A stretch of DNA of 48,673 bases, taken from positions 1 to 48,673 of the IMG/VR virus record IMGVR_UViG_3300043486_000003, one strand, 5' to 3'. The DNA comes from a virus. Under the pieces are notes generated by a model. It was not told the DNA's origin, searched no databases, and saw only the letters and a list, made by a program, of their open reading frames with translations. Shown here in pieces: positions 1-8,904 of this stretch. Both the position numbers and the translations under genes were made by a program. How positions within the stretch are numbered: position 1 is the stretch's first letter; the number at the start of each line of letters is the position of its first letter.

Positions 1-1019
1 TCTCAAGTGACATTACTCTGAGCCTTAAAAATAACATCCCCCAAACACTGTACGGTATTAAAATTGGAAGTGGGAGTTACGGCAGAGGACTCGGAGTAAA
101 CAAGGCTACCGGTGGGCCGATCTTTGGACCTGGTACCGAAACCTCAGACGATATCCCCGCTCTGCTCTCGCGTAACGAACACGTGTGGACTGCACGAGAG
201 GTCCACGCCGCTGGCGGACACAATGCCGTCGCGGCTCTCAGGCAATCGGTGCTTGGACGTGGCCCTGCCGTTGCTCAGTTCGCCGCTGGCGGCCCGGTTT
301 TCGGTAACCAGTTGTCTTCTGGGCTGACTCAGATAGCTCGGAGCACATCAGCGATAGCAGCTAAAGTAATTCAGCAGACAGCAGCTAAAGCTCTAGAGAG
401 TGTTCTAGGAAGTGCGACACTTGCAGGCGGGGGCTGGCAACGGCAATGGGCTGCCGTCAAGAGTCATTTCCCGTGGGCAGCATTGACCAGCTCGTTCCGG
501 CCCGGTGCACGTACTGTGTCCGGCAACCAGAGTTACCACGCGCTCGGTAGAGCTATCGACGTTAGCCCGAGCATGGACATCTTCAATTGGCTACTCAGCA
601 CCTACGGCCGTACCTCTAAAGAGATTATCTTCTCCCCGGCTGGTAATCGACAGATCAAGAACGGTCAGCCGCATTACTACACGGGCGCCGTTAGAGCTAT
701 GCATTTCAATCACGTGCACTGGGCGTACGACCAAGGTGGTGTAGCTACGGACGAGGGACCAATCTGGAAAGGCAGCAAACCGGAAAGGGTCCTGTCCGCT
801 ACGCAGACGCGTAGCTTCGATAGACTGGTCAAAGTGCTAGACCGTACTACTGTCGCTGGCTCTAGCGCCAGTGTTGGATCAATGGATATCGACTACGGTA
901 GACTAGGAGACGCTGTGGTGAAATCCTTTGTCACCGCCGGAGTTTCAGTGAATTTGGATGGTAGAGCTGTTGGCCGGATACAAGGTGCACGAACTAATAG
1001 AACTGTTAGGGGTGGGTAG
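1..1019 (+). CDS. tape measure protein, C-terminal part (continues 46665..48673 across the circular junction)
   Basis: It is in the same frame as the ORF that opens at 46665 and runs off the window end. Bases 1-127 equal 48547-48673, so the two pieces join into one ORF of about 966 codons with no in-frame stop in 3..182. It contains GGPIFGPGTETSDDIPALLSRNEHVW and SYHALGRAID...HFNHVH. Confidence 0.85.
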   Translation, partial: SSDITLSLKNNIPQTLYGIKIGSGSYGRGLGVNKATGGPIFGPGTETSDDIPALLSRNEHVWTAREVHAAGGHNAVAALRQSVLGRGPAVAQFAAGGPVFGNQLSSGLTQIARSTSAIAAKVIQQTAAKALESVLGSATLAGGGWQRQWAAVKSHFPWAALTSSFRPGARTVSGNQSYHALGRAIDVSPSMDIFNWLLSTYGRTSKEIIFSPAGNRQIKNGQPHYYTGAVRAMHFNHVHWAYDQGGVATDEGPIWKGSKPERVLSATQTRSFDRLVKVLDRTTVAGSSASVGSMDIDYGRLGDAVVKSFVTAGVSVNLDGRAVGRIQGARTNRTVRGG

Positions 1020-2386
1020 TGTCTGAGAGAATCCAATTCGTTGACTCTATTTCTGATACTGCTACCGTACGCCTGGACATCGATAGCGCTCCCTGGCAAG
1101 TGCTAGCGCGAGGTACGTCTACTCCGCCGCCCCCTCTACGTAGAATCATTGCTCAGTCGTTTCTTGCAGATGGTGCGATCATTCCTGACACGGCATGGGA
1201 CAACCGAACTATCACGCTAGCTCTACGACTAGCTAGTAAAGATTCAACAGTTGCGGCCACACAGCATCAGAAGCTGAACCGAGAGTTGAACCGAGACAAC
1301 AACATTCTTAGATGGCAACCCGATACCTCCATCCCTGCACTGTATTTCAGAACATTCAGAAGTCCGGACTACACAACGGATTTTGACTATGGCATTGGTC
1401 TATACGATTTTTCCGTGACGTTAGTAGCTGAGCCTTTCGGGTACGGGGTTCAGCAGAGCCTAGGGAACATCACTGTTAACAATGATCCTGTAGCAGGCTC
1501 TAACCCTTGCTATTTCGATACGTCAGCGGTTATCGGTGACGTCGATACTCCTCTGTACATATCCACAGCAACCAACATAGCCAACACAACAACTCTCATG
1601 TCTTCCCGTAGGCGTGGAACCCCTTCTGGCGGCGTGTATTTTGTCCAGGCTGAGGCTATGACCCAGGGAACCGACACCACCACCGTGGCAGGAGGCGCGA
1701 CCTTCTCCGGTGCCAGCAACAACGAGAGCACGACTACGTTCGCCACGTCGTCTTATGCTGATCGACTGACGGCGGTACTCCCCAGTGCCACGGCAAGTGC
1801 TGAGTTACGCGGTACCTACAGGGTTTTCGCGAGGCAGAAGAAATCCGCCTCTGGCTCAACCATGCACGGAACACTGAGAATCGCTGGCATCATCGACAAT
1901 CCCGAAGTGACGATCCCAGACAGCACTAACTTTATGTGGAATGACTACGGGCTCTTGCAAATACCGATGGGGATGCAAGGTCTGTCGGACGGGTACGGTC
2001 CCCCGCTCGGCGCGCTGGGAATTAGCTGTGCCTTCCGATTTAATCGCACGAGCGGAACCGGTTCCCTGTTGACCGACTACATTTACCTGGTGCCCGCCGA
2101 CACGGAGCTGTCGACCGTGCATTGGCCTAGCACCCCAGCCGGGCCGAACTGGGTCTATGACGGACCCAATGATGACGTGTACTGGCGCGGCACAGCTGGC
2201 GTTGCCCATGCTGTCTCGGCCAGCGGGGGAGCGTTCCCCGACTACATTGGAGGGCTACCGATGGTCAGCCCCAACCAGGCCAATCGGGTGTTCTTCGCAG
2301 TCATGGATGGAGCTGTGACCGCGAGCACCGTTCTGGCGGTGAGCTACTGGCCCCGGTACCTCAGCATGCGGCCGGTGACGACATGA
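1019..2386 (+). CDS. minor tail protein (distal-tail-protein position)
   Basis: This 455-aa ORF has a GTG start overlapping the tape measure stop. It is the first gene after the tape measure. The call is positional only. Confidence 0.6.
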   Translation: MSERIQFVDSISDTATVRLDIDSAPWQVLARGTSTPPPPLRRIIAQSFLADGAIIPDTAWDNRTITLALRLASKDSTVAATQHQKLNRELNRDNNILRWQPDTSIPALYFRTFRSPDYTTDFDYGIGLYDFSVTLVAEPFGYGVQQSLGNITVNNDPVAGSNPCYFDTSAVIGDVDTPLYISTATNIANTTTLMSSRRRGTPSGGVYFVQAEAMTQGTDTTTVAGGATFSGASNNESTTTFATSSYADRLTAVLPSATASAELRGTYRVFARQKKSASGSTMHGTLRIAGIIDNPEVTIPDSTNFMWNDYGLLQIPMGMQGLSDGYGPPLGALGISCAFRFNRTSGTGSLLTDYIYLVPADTELSTVHWPSTPAGPNWVYDGPNDDVYWRGTAGVAHAVSASGGAFPDYIGGLPMVSPNQANRVFFAVMDGAVTASTVLAVSYWPRYLSMRPVTT

Positions 2387-4029
2387 TGAATGTGCCGCTC
2401 GCTGTACGGCTGGTAACAGCCCGGGCCAGCCGTAGGGTTACCCGGGACCTACAGCAGATCTTTTTCAAGACAACCGCCCCAGGCGGGTTTGCAAGCGCAA
2501 CTATCCAGCTAGAGCGACCCATTCGGCTACAACCGGATGAGATTGCTTCATTCGGAAGACTTTACATTTACGATGTCCGTACCGGCTATACGATGTGGGA
2601 GGGACGTACCGAGGATCTTGGGCGTAGCTCTGATAGCTCTGGCCAGATCTGGGAACTGACCGGGGTAGGTCCGTCCGGCCATGTTCATGACCAGATAGAA
2701 GCTTTGTATTATATTGAGACATCTAACGAATCAATACCAATCGGTTCATCATCATACGCTGGTACACAGATTACGATGGACCTAGCTCCAGGCACTCAGA
2801 AACCGATTATCAAGCAACAATTTCCAGCCGGGGCTACCGTCACAAGCTCTGCTAACACTAAGGCTATTTCTTATTATCCATTTATTAGAGATGCTGGTCT
2901 GAAATTAGCTAGGGTATCATGGCAGATTTATGGAGGGTTTAGTACATCGCCTGACTGGGCAGCCAGAGTCTGGGTTTCACCCGGGGTCGGGGTATTCAAT
3001 ATGGTTTCAGATCAACAGCCTACTGCCGGTATTATGGGTGCGACAACGGTGATTGTTGGGTCTGATTTCAGTTCTGGAGAAGATCAAGTTACCTTTGAGT
3101 TCCAATGGGTGAAGGTAGCTTCCGGAACTATCGGTAACGATAACACCTGGATTGGCTGGTACAATGTCGTTATTCAGCAAGTTCGAGTGGACACTGCTGG
3201 TAATGAGATTCTATTCCCTGCTGGATACCCATCCAATACAGTAGTTGCTAGCCTGATCATCAATGATCTTTTAGGCAGAATGCTTCCGCTATACGATGGA
3301 GTTAATGCGCTAGTAGACACGTCTAATAACTACGGCATTGAACAGTTGACCTATCAGGATGGTACTGATGCCGGACAGGTCCTTGATGACTTGATGGCAC
3401 TTCTTGGTACTCATCTCTGGGAAGCACTGGAGACTAACCCGCTTACTGGTCTATGGAGATTCAACTGGCGACCGTGGCCGGTAACTATTCGTTATGACGC
3501 AACAGCTTTCGATGGATACAATTCTCCAATCTCTGCTGCTGATGTCTATGATCAAGTTCTGGTCAGGTGGAAACAGGCCGATGGACGGATCAGAACATGG
3601 TCCATGTCACAGGCTGTTCCGATCTTGACCGCAGCTGGCTTCCACCGTACTGGGTTCATTGACCTTTCTGATAACGTTGGCTCGGCTAACAACGCTACTC
3701 AATCTGGTCAGCAATTCTTGAACGACCACGCTACGCCTGCTAACTCAGGTACATTGACTATCTCTCGTCCTATCCTTGATAGGTATACCGGACGCTATGT
3801 CTACCCATGGGAAGTACGGCCTGGGTACCTCGTCAGGATCCGGGGGGTTGAGCCTCAGGTTGATATGCTGAACCTAGACCGGGACGGTTCTAGTATCTGT
3901 CGAATCATTTCAACCGAGTATTCTGATACAGCTAACAGTGTGCAGTGTGATCTAGACGCATACCCGATAGAGCAAGCTCAGCAAATAGCTAGTTTGTCAA
4001 AACGTTTAGCCAATAGGAGGAGAAGGTAA
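2383..4029 (+). CDS. minor tail protein (tail-tip / Tal position)
   Basis: This 548-aa ORF has an ATGA overlap with the upstream gene. It is the second gene after the tape measure. The call is positional. Confidence 0.6.
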   Translation: MMNVPLAVRLVTARASRRVTRDLQQIFFKTTAPGGFASATIQLERPIRLQPDEIASFGRLYIYDVRTGYTMWEGRTEDLGRSSDSSGQIWELTGVGPSGHVHDQIEALYYIETSNESIPIGSSSYAGTQITMDLAPGTQKPIIKQQFPAGATVTSSANTKAISYYPFIRDAGLKLARVSWQIYGGFSTSPDWAARVWVSPGVGVFNMVSDQQPTAGIMGATTVIVGSDFSSGEDQVTFEFQWVKVASGTIGNDNTWIGWYNVVIQQVRVDTAGNEILFPAGYPSNTVVASLIINDLLGRMLPLYDGVNALVDTSNNYGIEQLTYQDGTDAGQVLDDLMALLGTHLWEALETNPLTGLWRFNWRPWPVTIRYDATAFDGYNSPISAADVYDQVLVRWKQADGRIRTWSMSQAVPILTAAGFHRTGFIDLSDNVGSANNATQSGQQFLNDHATPANSGTLTISRPILDRYTGRYVYPWEVRPGYLVRIRGVEPQVDMLNLDRDGSSICRIISTEYSDTANSVQCDLDAYPIEQAQQIASLSKRLANRRRR

Positions 4030-4349
4030 TGGACGTAATTCCAGGTGTTATTGCTACAGTCAGAGTTCGAGTTATTAGTGTGGACACTAGCGCTAGCACA
4101 GCAAGTATCGAAGTGATTGATGCTAATCAGATTCGTATTGCTGGGCCAGCAACTTTGCCTATAGGCGTGATTACTCCTACGGAAATCCCTATCTCTGTCC
4201 ATGATGTGTTACGCAATACAGAGAACGGATTAACAGCAGTAGTCGAGTGGATCGATCCGACTAATGCGTTCTACTGGTCAGCTAGTCCTACAGGTTTCAG
4301 TCCGTTCAGTAGTCTCGGTTGGACCAAGATCGGAACGTTCGCTGGGTAG
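4029..4349 (+). CDS. hypothetical protein, probably a small tail-tip component
   Basis: This 106-aa ORF has a strong RBS (AGGAGGAGAAGG) and a TAATG overlap with the upstream tail gene. Confidence 0.5.
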   Translation: MDVIPGVIATVRVRVISVDTSASTASIEVIDANQIRIAGPATLPIGVITPTEIPISVHDVLRNTENGLTAVVEWIDPTNAFYWSASPTGFSPFSSLGWTKIGTFAG

Positions 4350-4414
4350 TGCTCTGGTAAACTGTCCAATAAGATGATCTTGCACGCACCGTGTACACGG
4401 AGAGGAAAATACTC

Positions 4415-5299
4415 ATGCGTTATCCGGGCGCGTCACAACATATCCTCGGTCGACAGACCGAGCCTGAAATGCGTTCACATGACATCGTGTGCATTCACAC
4501 TATGGTCGGGTATCTGTTCAGTACGCATAACATGTTTCTGAAAAACGGTTTCTCTGGTACAGAAAGTCACTTCGGTATCGGTGGAAAATGGGGGTCTGAT
4601 CTTTCTCGAAACCTGGACGGAGTCGTATACCAGTGGCAGGATCTTGACTGCACTGCTGACGCGAATCTTGATGGCGCACACCGGGTGATCTCAATCGAGA
4701 CTGCCGACAACGCACCCCGGCTGCCCAGAGATATCCTCCCCTGGACACCTAAGCAAGTAGTGTCCCTCGTCCGCCTGATCCATTGGCTATGCTCTAAAGC
4801 CGCGCATGCTGATTGTCCGTCTTCCTGGAAGTGTCACCAGGAAGGCATCCCGATGAAGCTGATTCCAGACAGCAAGCCAGGCCGTAGAGGTATTGGGTTC
4901 CATCGACAGGGAATCGATCCGTGGCGCGTCTCAGGAGGCGAGCGCTGGTCAGAGTCGCGAGGAAAGGAATGCCCAACCGATGCCCGGATCAAGCAGCTCT
5001 CTCAGGTAGTCATCCCTCGCGTACAGGAAAACGATCCAACAGGAGAAAACGATATGCCATTGACTACCCCAGACCGGAAGCTCATCAAAGACGTTCTTAT
5101 TGATTTCTGGAACACAGCAGAGGTCATCCCGAACAAATCGTTGGACGGCTCGCCCACGACAACTGAATGGACCCCAGCCGGGGCAGCTGCCGCCGCTGAT
5201 CAGAAGCTAGATCTTCTCCGTCGTGATTTCACGGCTGAGCTGGATGATGTGAAGCTGGCGCTTAACCAGCTTCTGGCAATTCTCAAGGAGAAATCATGA
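4415..5299 (+). CDS. endolysin, N-acetylmuramoyl-L-alanine amidase (amidase_2/PGRP type)
   Basis: The N-terminal domain reads HDIVCIHTMVG...ESHFGIGG...VYQW...VISIETADN, as in amidase_2 enzymes. I start it at the ATG at 4415, 7 nt after GGAGAGG, rather than at the tracked GTG at 4391. The C-terminal ~100 aa are unassigned. Confidence 0.85.
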   Translation: MRYPGASQHILGRQTEPEMRSHDIVCIHTMVGYLFSTHNMFLKNGFSGTESHFGIGGKWGSDLSRNLDGVVYQWQDLDCTADANLDGAHRVISIETADNAPRLPRDILPWTPKQVVSLVRLIHWLCSKAAHADCPSSWKCHQEGIPMKLIPDSKPGRRGIGFHRQGIDPWRVSGGERWSESRGKECPTDARIKQLSQVVIPRVQENDPTGENDMPLTTPDRKLIKDVLIDFWNTAEVIPNKSLDGSPTTTEWTPAGAAAAADQKLDLLRRDFTAELDDVKLALNQLLAILKEKS

Positions 5300-5532
5300 G
5301 TACCCCTGCCCTTCCGCGTTACCGGTCCGGCTTGTTCTGGAAAGACTGGTTTGAGCGAGTCTTCTGGACAGCTGCTGAGACTGTCGTTGGTGCAATCCCA
5401 TACGCGACTCTTGATGCCCCGGCGTGGTCTATTCCTGTGATCGCTACAGCGCTGGCAGCTGTTAAGGGGTACATCGCCCGGCACCTGGTGTCTCCTGCAC
5501 AAGATTCAGCTAGCACCGTGAGTGGTGTCTGA
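5296..5532 (+). CDS. holin (phage r1t-holin-like)
   Basis: This 78-aa ORF has an ATGA overlap with the endolysin. FERVFWTAAETVVGAIP...IPVIATALAAVKGYIARHL resembles the r1t holin family and has hydrophobic segments. Confidence 0.65.
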   Translation: MSTPALPRYRSGLFWKDWFERVFWTAAETVVGAIPYATLDAPAWSIPVIATALAAVKGYIARHLVSPAQDSASTVSGV

Positions 5533-5547
5533 CCAAGATTACTAAAG

Positions 5548-5589
5548 GTACGGAGACTAACTAAGGTTGGTCTCCGTACTTGTCTTTTC
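5548..5589 (+). terminator. rho-independent terminator after the holin
   Basis: A perfect 10-bp stem GTACGGAGAC/GTCTCCGTAC (5548-5557 and 5570-5579) is followed by TTGTCTTTT. Confidence 0.75.
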
Positions 5590-5620
5590 AGCTCGGGGCT
5601 GACCATACGGAGACATTAAC

Positions 5621-5956
5621 GTGAGTAATTCTATTCTGGCTACAATATTGGGTTTTATGGGGGTGGTGTTAACGCAATTGGTTCTACTCCTAGACAGCAG
5701 GAATAGGGCAAACAAAACAAATGACAAGATTGACGTCGTTGGTGAAAACGCAGATACAGCAGCAACTGAGGCAGCATCTGCTGCTAAGCGTGCATTCCCA
5801 GTAAGCAATGGATTTGCTGATGATGTACGCGACGGAATCAGCGAGATTAAAGATACACAAACTGAGCAAGGAAAAGAACTACATGAGGTTCATAGAAAGC
5901 TAGATGAACACATAGCCGACCATGCACGTTCAGATGTTCTACGGAGGAATCAGTAA
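5621..5956 (+). CDS. membrane protein with one N-terminal TM helix (lysis-cassette associated)
   Basis: This 111-aa ORF starts at GTG. ILATILGFMGVVLTQLVLLL forms a TM helix, and the rest is charged and helical. It lies between the holin and the exported hydrolase. Confidence 0.6.
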   Translation: MSNSILATILGFMGVVLTQLVLLLDSRNRANKTNDKIDVVGENADTAATEAASAAKRAFPVSNGFADDVRDGISEIKDTQTEQGKELHEVHRKLDEHIADHARSDVLRRNQ

Positions 5957-7449
5957 TGAAGCGCAACCGTATGACTATGGCAGTTATCGGGGTGATTGCG
6001 GCTGGCTCTTTGATTGGTGTCGGATTCGCTTCAGCCGATACCTCCGCTGAACCAACCACACGAGAGCAAGCTCAGGCAGCTCTTGACCACATTGACCAGG
6101 ATCAGGCAACGATTCAGGCGTACTTGGACAGCTTGAGTACTCCTACACCCCCACCGTCCCCCTCAGCTACTCCCTCAGTGAATGAAGGTGTGCCGACCAA
6201 CGTCGCAGCCACAGCTGGCCCGGAACGAATCACACTGAGCTGGGAAGCGCCGACGACACCATTCGCGCCGACAGGCTACGCCTACGGCCGGAGTGGACAG
6301 GACAGCACCGGAGCCGGGCCGTGGACGTCAAACCCGGTACCGCTTACGACCACAGGTGCCGTTCTAGATAAGCTTGTACCTGGAACTGCCTATGACGTGT
6401 TCGTGGAAACGATCTACTCGGATGGCGCGAGGAAGCGAGTCACCCTGACTCGTACGCCTACCTCAGGTCCTACCCCGACGGCCTCGGCAACTCCCACAGC
6501 TACGCCTACAAACCCCCCAGCTGGGGGGAACCTGTCCGGCCTTGCGTGGTCCTCTGGCGTGTGGGGACAGCAGAGTGCGAGTATCACTGACAGTTTCGTT
6601 TCCCAGACCCGTGGCGGAACACCTGTCGATAATATTTTGGTGTACACGGCCCGTAATTCCATGGCGAGTCAGAATAATCCTTCGGCCTGGCGTAGCGCGC
6701 TTCCGGCTAGTTTCAATGGAGCTACTCAAAATCTCGTTCTAGGTCTGACCACCTGGACTGGTGACAACGCGTTTATGACCAATGCACAAGCCAGGCAGAT
6801 CGGGACGTCTCTCTGTTCAGTCGACAACGTTGACCCAACTGTTCGACTTGATTGGGAGATGAATCTTCCTGGCGGAGCTGGTAACAACGGAGCTGATCTG
6901 ACGGCATCAAATTACAACGCATGGGTTGCCCGGTTCCATGACGTCGCTACCGGCATCAAGGCCACGTGTCCGAGTGTATTGATTGACTTCAATCCGAACC
7001 ATGGGAATGACCAGACAGCTGGGTGCAACACTAGTCCGGCTACGAGTCAGTGTTCAAGGCGTGCGTTTCAGGCAGTTAGGGCCGATGTCGATTTCTTTGG
7101 AATTGACATCTACGATCGTGACACCCCGGTTCGAGCTGACGGTTCCGGCTGGCCATCATTCCTGAATGGCTTCAACAACCTTGACGAGAGTAGAACCTAC
7201 GCTGTTGCCAACGGTAAGAAGTGGTCAGTTCCGGAATGGGGACTGTGGAAAGTCAACCCAGGTGGTGGCGATGATCGAGAGTACATCTCCCGGATGATTA
7301 GGTATTTCATCGCGCACGCGGGGGACGTCGGATACGAAACGTACTTCAATGAGACTGCCGATTACATCGACAGTAATTTGTTCCCGAACGCTCCGAACCC
7401 CCAGTCAGCGGCACAGTACCGGAGTGACATTCTGGCGAATCGGAGCTAG
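5956..7449 (+). CDS. exported FN3-domain protein with GH26-like (clan GH-A) glycoside hydrolase domain
   Basis: It has a Sec-type signal peptide (MKRNRMTMAVIGVIAAGSLIGVGFASA), Pro/Thr linkers and an FN3-like segment (ITLSWEAP...GTAYDVFVETIY). The C-terminal domain carries RLDWEMNLPGG, VDFFGIDIYDR and KKWSVPEWGLW, which match the GH26 acid/base and nucleophile strands. Confidence 0.65.
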   Translation: MKRNRMTMAVIGVIAAGSLIGVGFASADTSAEPTTREQAQAALDHIDQDQATIQAYLDSLSTPTPPPSPSATPSVNEGVPTNVAATAGPERITLSWEAPTTPFAPTGYAYGRSGQDSTGAGPWTSNPVPLTTTGAVLDKLVPGTAYDVFVETIYSDGARKRVTLTRTPTSGPTPTASATPTATPTNPPAGGNLSGLAWSSGVWGQQSASITDSFVSQTRGGTPVDNILVYTARNSMASQNNPSAWRSALPASFNGATQNLVLGLTTWTGDNAFMTNAQARQIGTSLCSVDNVDPTVRLDWEMNLPGGAGNNGADLTASNYNAWVARFHDVATGIKATCPSVLIDFNPNHGNDQTAGCNTSPATSQCSRRAFQAVRADVDFFGIDIYDRDTPVRADGSGWPSFLNGFNNLDESRTYAVANGKKWSVPEWGLWKVNPGGGDDREYISRMIRYFIAHAGDVGYETYFNETADYIDSNLFPNAPNPQSAAQYRSDILANRS

Positions 7450-7525
7450 ACTGATGGTGCAGTTAAGGGAGCTCCCTTGCTGAACAAGTCGACCGGGCAA
7501 ACCCGGCGAACAGGAGAGGAAACCT

Positions 7526-7726
7526 GTGCATACTAGAGCTCACCCGATGGATGACCCCACTGTCCAACTCGAACGGCTAGAAAACGTGCGCTCCTCAGGA
7601 GGACTGACGCAAGACGAGTTTGACACAGCGAAAGCTCAGGTACTAAGGCGATTGATGGAAGGATCGCAGACCACTTCCATGGACAATCTACCGAACAATC
7701 GCAGACCTGAGAACATGCTAGACTGA
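7526..7726 (+). CDS. SHOCT-domain-like small protein
   Basis: This 66-aa ORF has a GTG start 6 nt after GGAGAGG. GGLTQDEFDTAKAQVLRRL matches the SHOCT pattern. Confidence 0.5.
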   Translation: MHTRAHPMDDPTVQLERLENVRSSGGLTQDEFDTAKAQVLRRLMEGSQTTSMDNLPNNRRPENMLD

Positions 7727-7747
7727 TTCATGCCACGATCGGGCCAT

Positions 7748-7799
7748 GTGAAACACCCCCTAGTCTTCACAAGAGACTAGGGGGTGTTTCACGTGAAAC
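7748..7799. terminator. bidirectional terminator hairpin fused to the GTTTCACGTGAAAC palindrome
   Basis: A perfect 19-bp stem spans 7748-7766 and 7774-7792. The 14-bp palindrome lies at 7786-7799. The element sits between convergent genes 7526..7726 (+) and 7803..7973 (-). Confidence 0.75.
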
Positions 7800-7802
7800 A
7801 GG

Positions 7803-7973
7803 CTACGGCTTGCCTCCCTTCGGACCTTTAGGGCCAGCTAGCCAACCTCGCGCTCCTCCTGACTTCCTAGCCTTGACAGAGCCAAGGGGGCTGAACTTCA
7901 TCGGGATGACTTCACCTCCTACCATCCTTTTGACTTGGGTGGTCCTTGCTGGCTTGCCCTTGAATGTAGCCAT
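7803..7973 (-). CDS. small basic protein (56 aa), function unknown
   Basis: The internal ATG (MATFKGKPAR...) lies 4 nt after AAGGAGAG. The protein is Lys/Arg/Gly-rich. The tracked ORF 7803..8021 probably over-extends the N-terminus. Confidence 0.6.
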   Translation of the reverse strand: MATFKGKPARTTQVKRMVGGEVIPMKFSPLGSVKARKSGGARGWLAGPKGPKGGKP

Positions 7974-7989
7974 GATCTCTCCTTTTGTT

Positions 7990-8037
7990 GTTTCACATGA
8001 AACACAGCTGCCCACGAACATCAGGTTCGTGGGCAGC
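7990..8037 (-). terminator. hairpin followed (on the - strand) by the palindrome variant GTTTCATGTGAAAC
   Basis: A 13-bp stem GCTGCCCACGAAC/GTTCGTGGGCAGC spans 8007-8019 and 8025-8037. The palindrome variant lies at 7990-8003. The element sits between two leftward genes. Confidence 0.6.
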
Positions 8038-8062
8038 CTCTGTGCATCCCCCGTCTTGGGGT

Positions 8063-8281
8063 CTATCTAAATGAAACGTTCCCGGGACAGATAGCCGCGT
8101 GCTGTTCGTCGGTGTCGAACTTGCATAGGTAGCGGCAGATTCCGCGCCAAGCTTCCTCATCAAGTTCCCACTCCGTAGCCATCATTTCACGGAATGGCCT
8201 TTCCATGTGCCATTCCGGCTTGTCGCGTTCATAGTCGTCTCGCTGGCACTCGGCCAACGACGGCGGATCGTAGTAAATCAT
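8063..8281 (-). CDS. hypothetical protein (72 aa)
   Basis: This tracked ORF is acidic and Trp/Cys-containing. It is part of the leftward four-gene operon. Confidence 0.6.
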   Translation of the reverse strand: MIYYDPPSLAECQRDDYERDKPEWHMERPFREMMATEWELDEEAWRGICRYLCKFDTDEQHAAICPGNVSFR

Positions 8282-8290
8282 GGTTCCCCT

Positions 8291-8566
8291 TTACAGTTCG
8301 TGAGCATCCAGTTTCTCGGTCAGAATGGTCCTCCAGTACTCGGCGCTCAACGGGAATCCCGGAGTAAACGTCTCAAGAACTGACAGCAGTTTCTCAACTT
8401 CGATGAATCGACGTTCAGCAGGCTCATACTCTGAGGCGTAGCTAGCAATCCGGTTTACGGTCAGTACTCCGGAGTTATCGTCGTATGCGACCCCAATGAG
8501 ATCGTTAGATGAGAATCGGCTGGCTACCCTACTCATCAGTTCTGCTGTACTCATCACCTTCGGCAT
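8291..8566 (-). CDS. hypothetical protein (91 aa)
   Basis: The ATG at 8566 (MPKVMS...) is preceded by CTACCGACAAACAGGAG. The tracked GTG at 8572 lies inside that RBS. Confidence 0.65.
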   Translation of the reverse strand: MPKVMSTAELMSRVASRFSSNDLIGVAYDDNSGVLTVNRIASYASEYEPAERRFIEVEKLLSVLETFTPGFPLSAEYWRTILTEKLDAHEL

Positions 8567-8599
8567 GATCACTCCTGTTTGTCGGTAGGTTGTTTACTT

Positions 8600-8628
8600 A
8601 ACCTAGTGCATCTTCCACATCCTGTCAA
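8600..8628 (-). promoter_or_regulatory. sigma70-like promoter TTGACA-N17-TAGGTT with conserved spacer GGATGTGGAAGATGCAC
   Basis: On the - strand, the -35 element lies at 8623-8628 and the -10 element at 8600-8605. It is near-identical to the + strand promoter at 10519-10547. Confidence 0.5.
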
Positions 8629-8642
8629 CTACCTGAAACCAC

Positions 8643-8682
8643 GAAACCGGCTGAACCAAGTCCAGCCGGTTTCACGTGAAAC
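8643..8682. terminator. hairpin fused to the GTTTCACGTGAAAC palindrome
   Basis: An 11-bp stem GAAACCGGCTG/CAGCCGGTTTC spans 8643-8653 and 8663-8673. The palindrome lies at 8669-8682, directly after the stop of the 8685..8834 gene. Confidence 0.6.
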
Positions 8683-8684
8683 GA

Positions 8685-8834
8685 TCAGTAGGTCAGGGTG
8701 CCGTCGCCGATCCCTTCCTTGATCTGAGCCTTGTCGGCGTCCGGCAGTGCCTTCCACTGATCGGAGAACCCCTTGAGCGTGTCGCCGGGGATCTTGAGGA
8801 AGTCGTAAACCTGCTTGATCGTCGCAGCTGCCAT
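8685..8834 (-). CDS. hypothetical protein (49 aa; MAAATIKQVYDFLKIPGDTLKGFSDQWKALPDADKAQIKEGIGDGTLTY)
   Basis: It is absent from the ORF track because it is shorter than 60 aa. Its ATG lies 6 nt after AGGAGAG, with CCACCGACAA just upstream. It displaces the spurious + ORF 8676..8957. Confidence 0.65.
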   Translation of the reverse strand: MAAATIKQVYDFLKIPGDTLKGFSDQWKALPDADKAQIKEGIGDGTLTY

Positions 8835-8874
8835 GATGATCTCTCCTATTGTCGGTGGGAACCTTACACCCAGA

Positions 8875-8904
8875 ACATTACTCGCAGTCCAGCAACCCTG
8901 TCAA
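8875..8904 (-). promoter_or_regulatory. leftward promoter TTGACA-N18-TAATGT
   Basis: On the - strand, TTGACA lies at 8899-8904 and TAATGT at 8875-8880, about 40 nt upstream of the 8834 start. Confidence 0.55.

Noticed and set aside
4380-4411. TTGCAC...AATACT upstream of the endolysin gene as a promoter of the same class as the early promoters.
   Set aside because: The spacing between the hexamers is ~22 nt, too long for a sigma70-type promoter. It is kept only as a palindrome copy in the CGTGTACACG finding.
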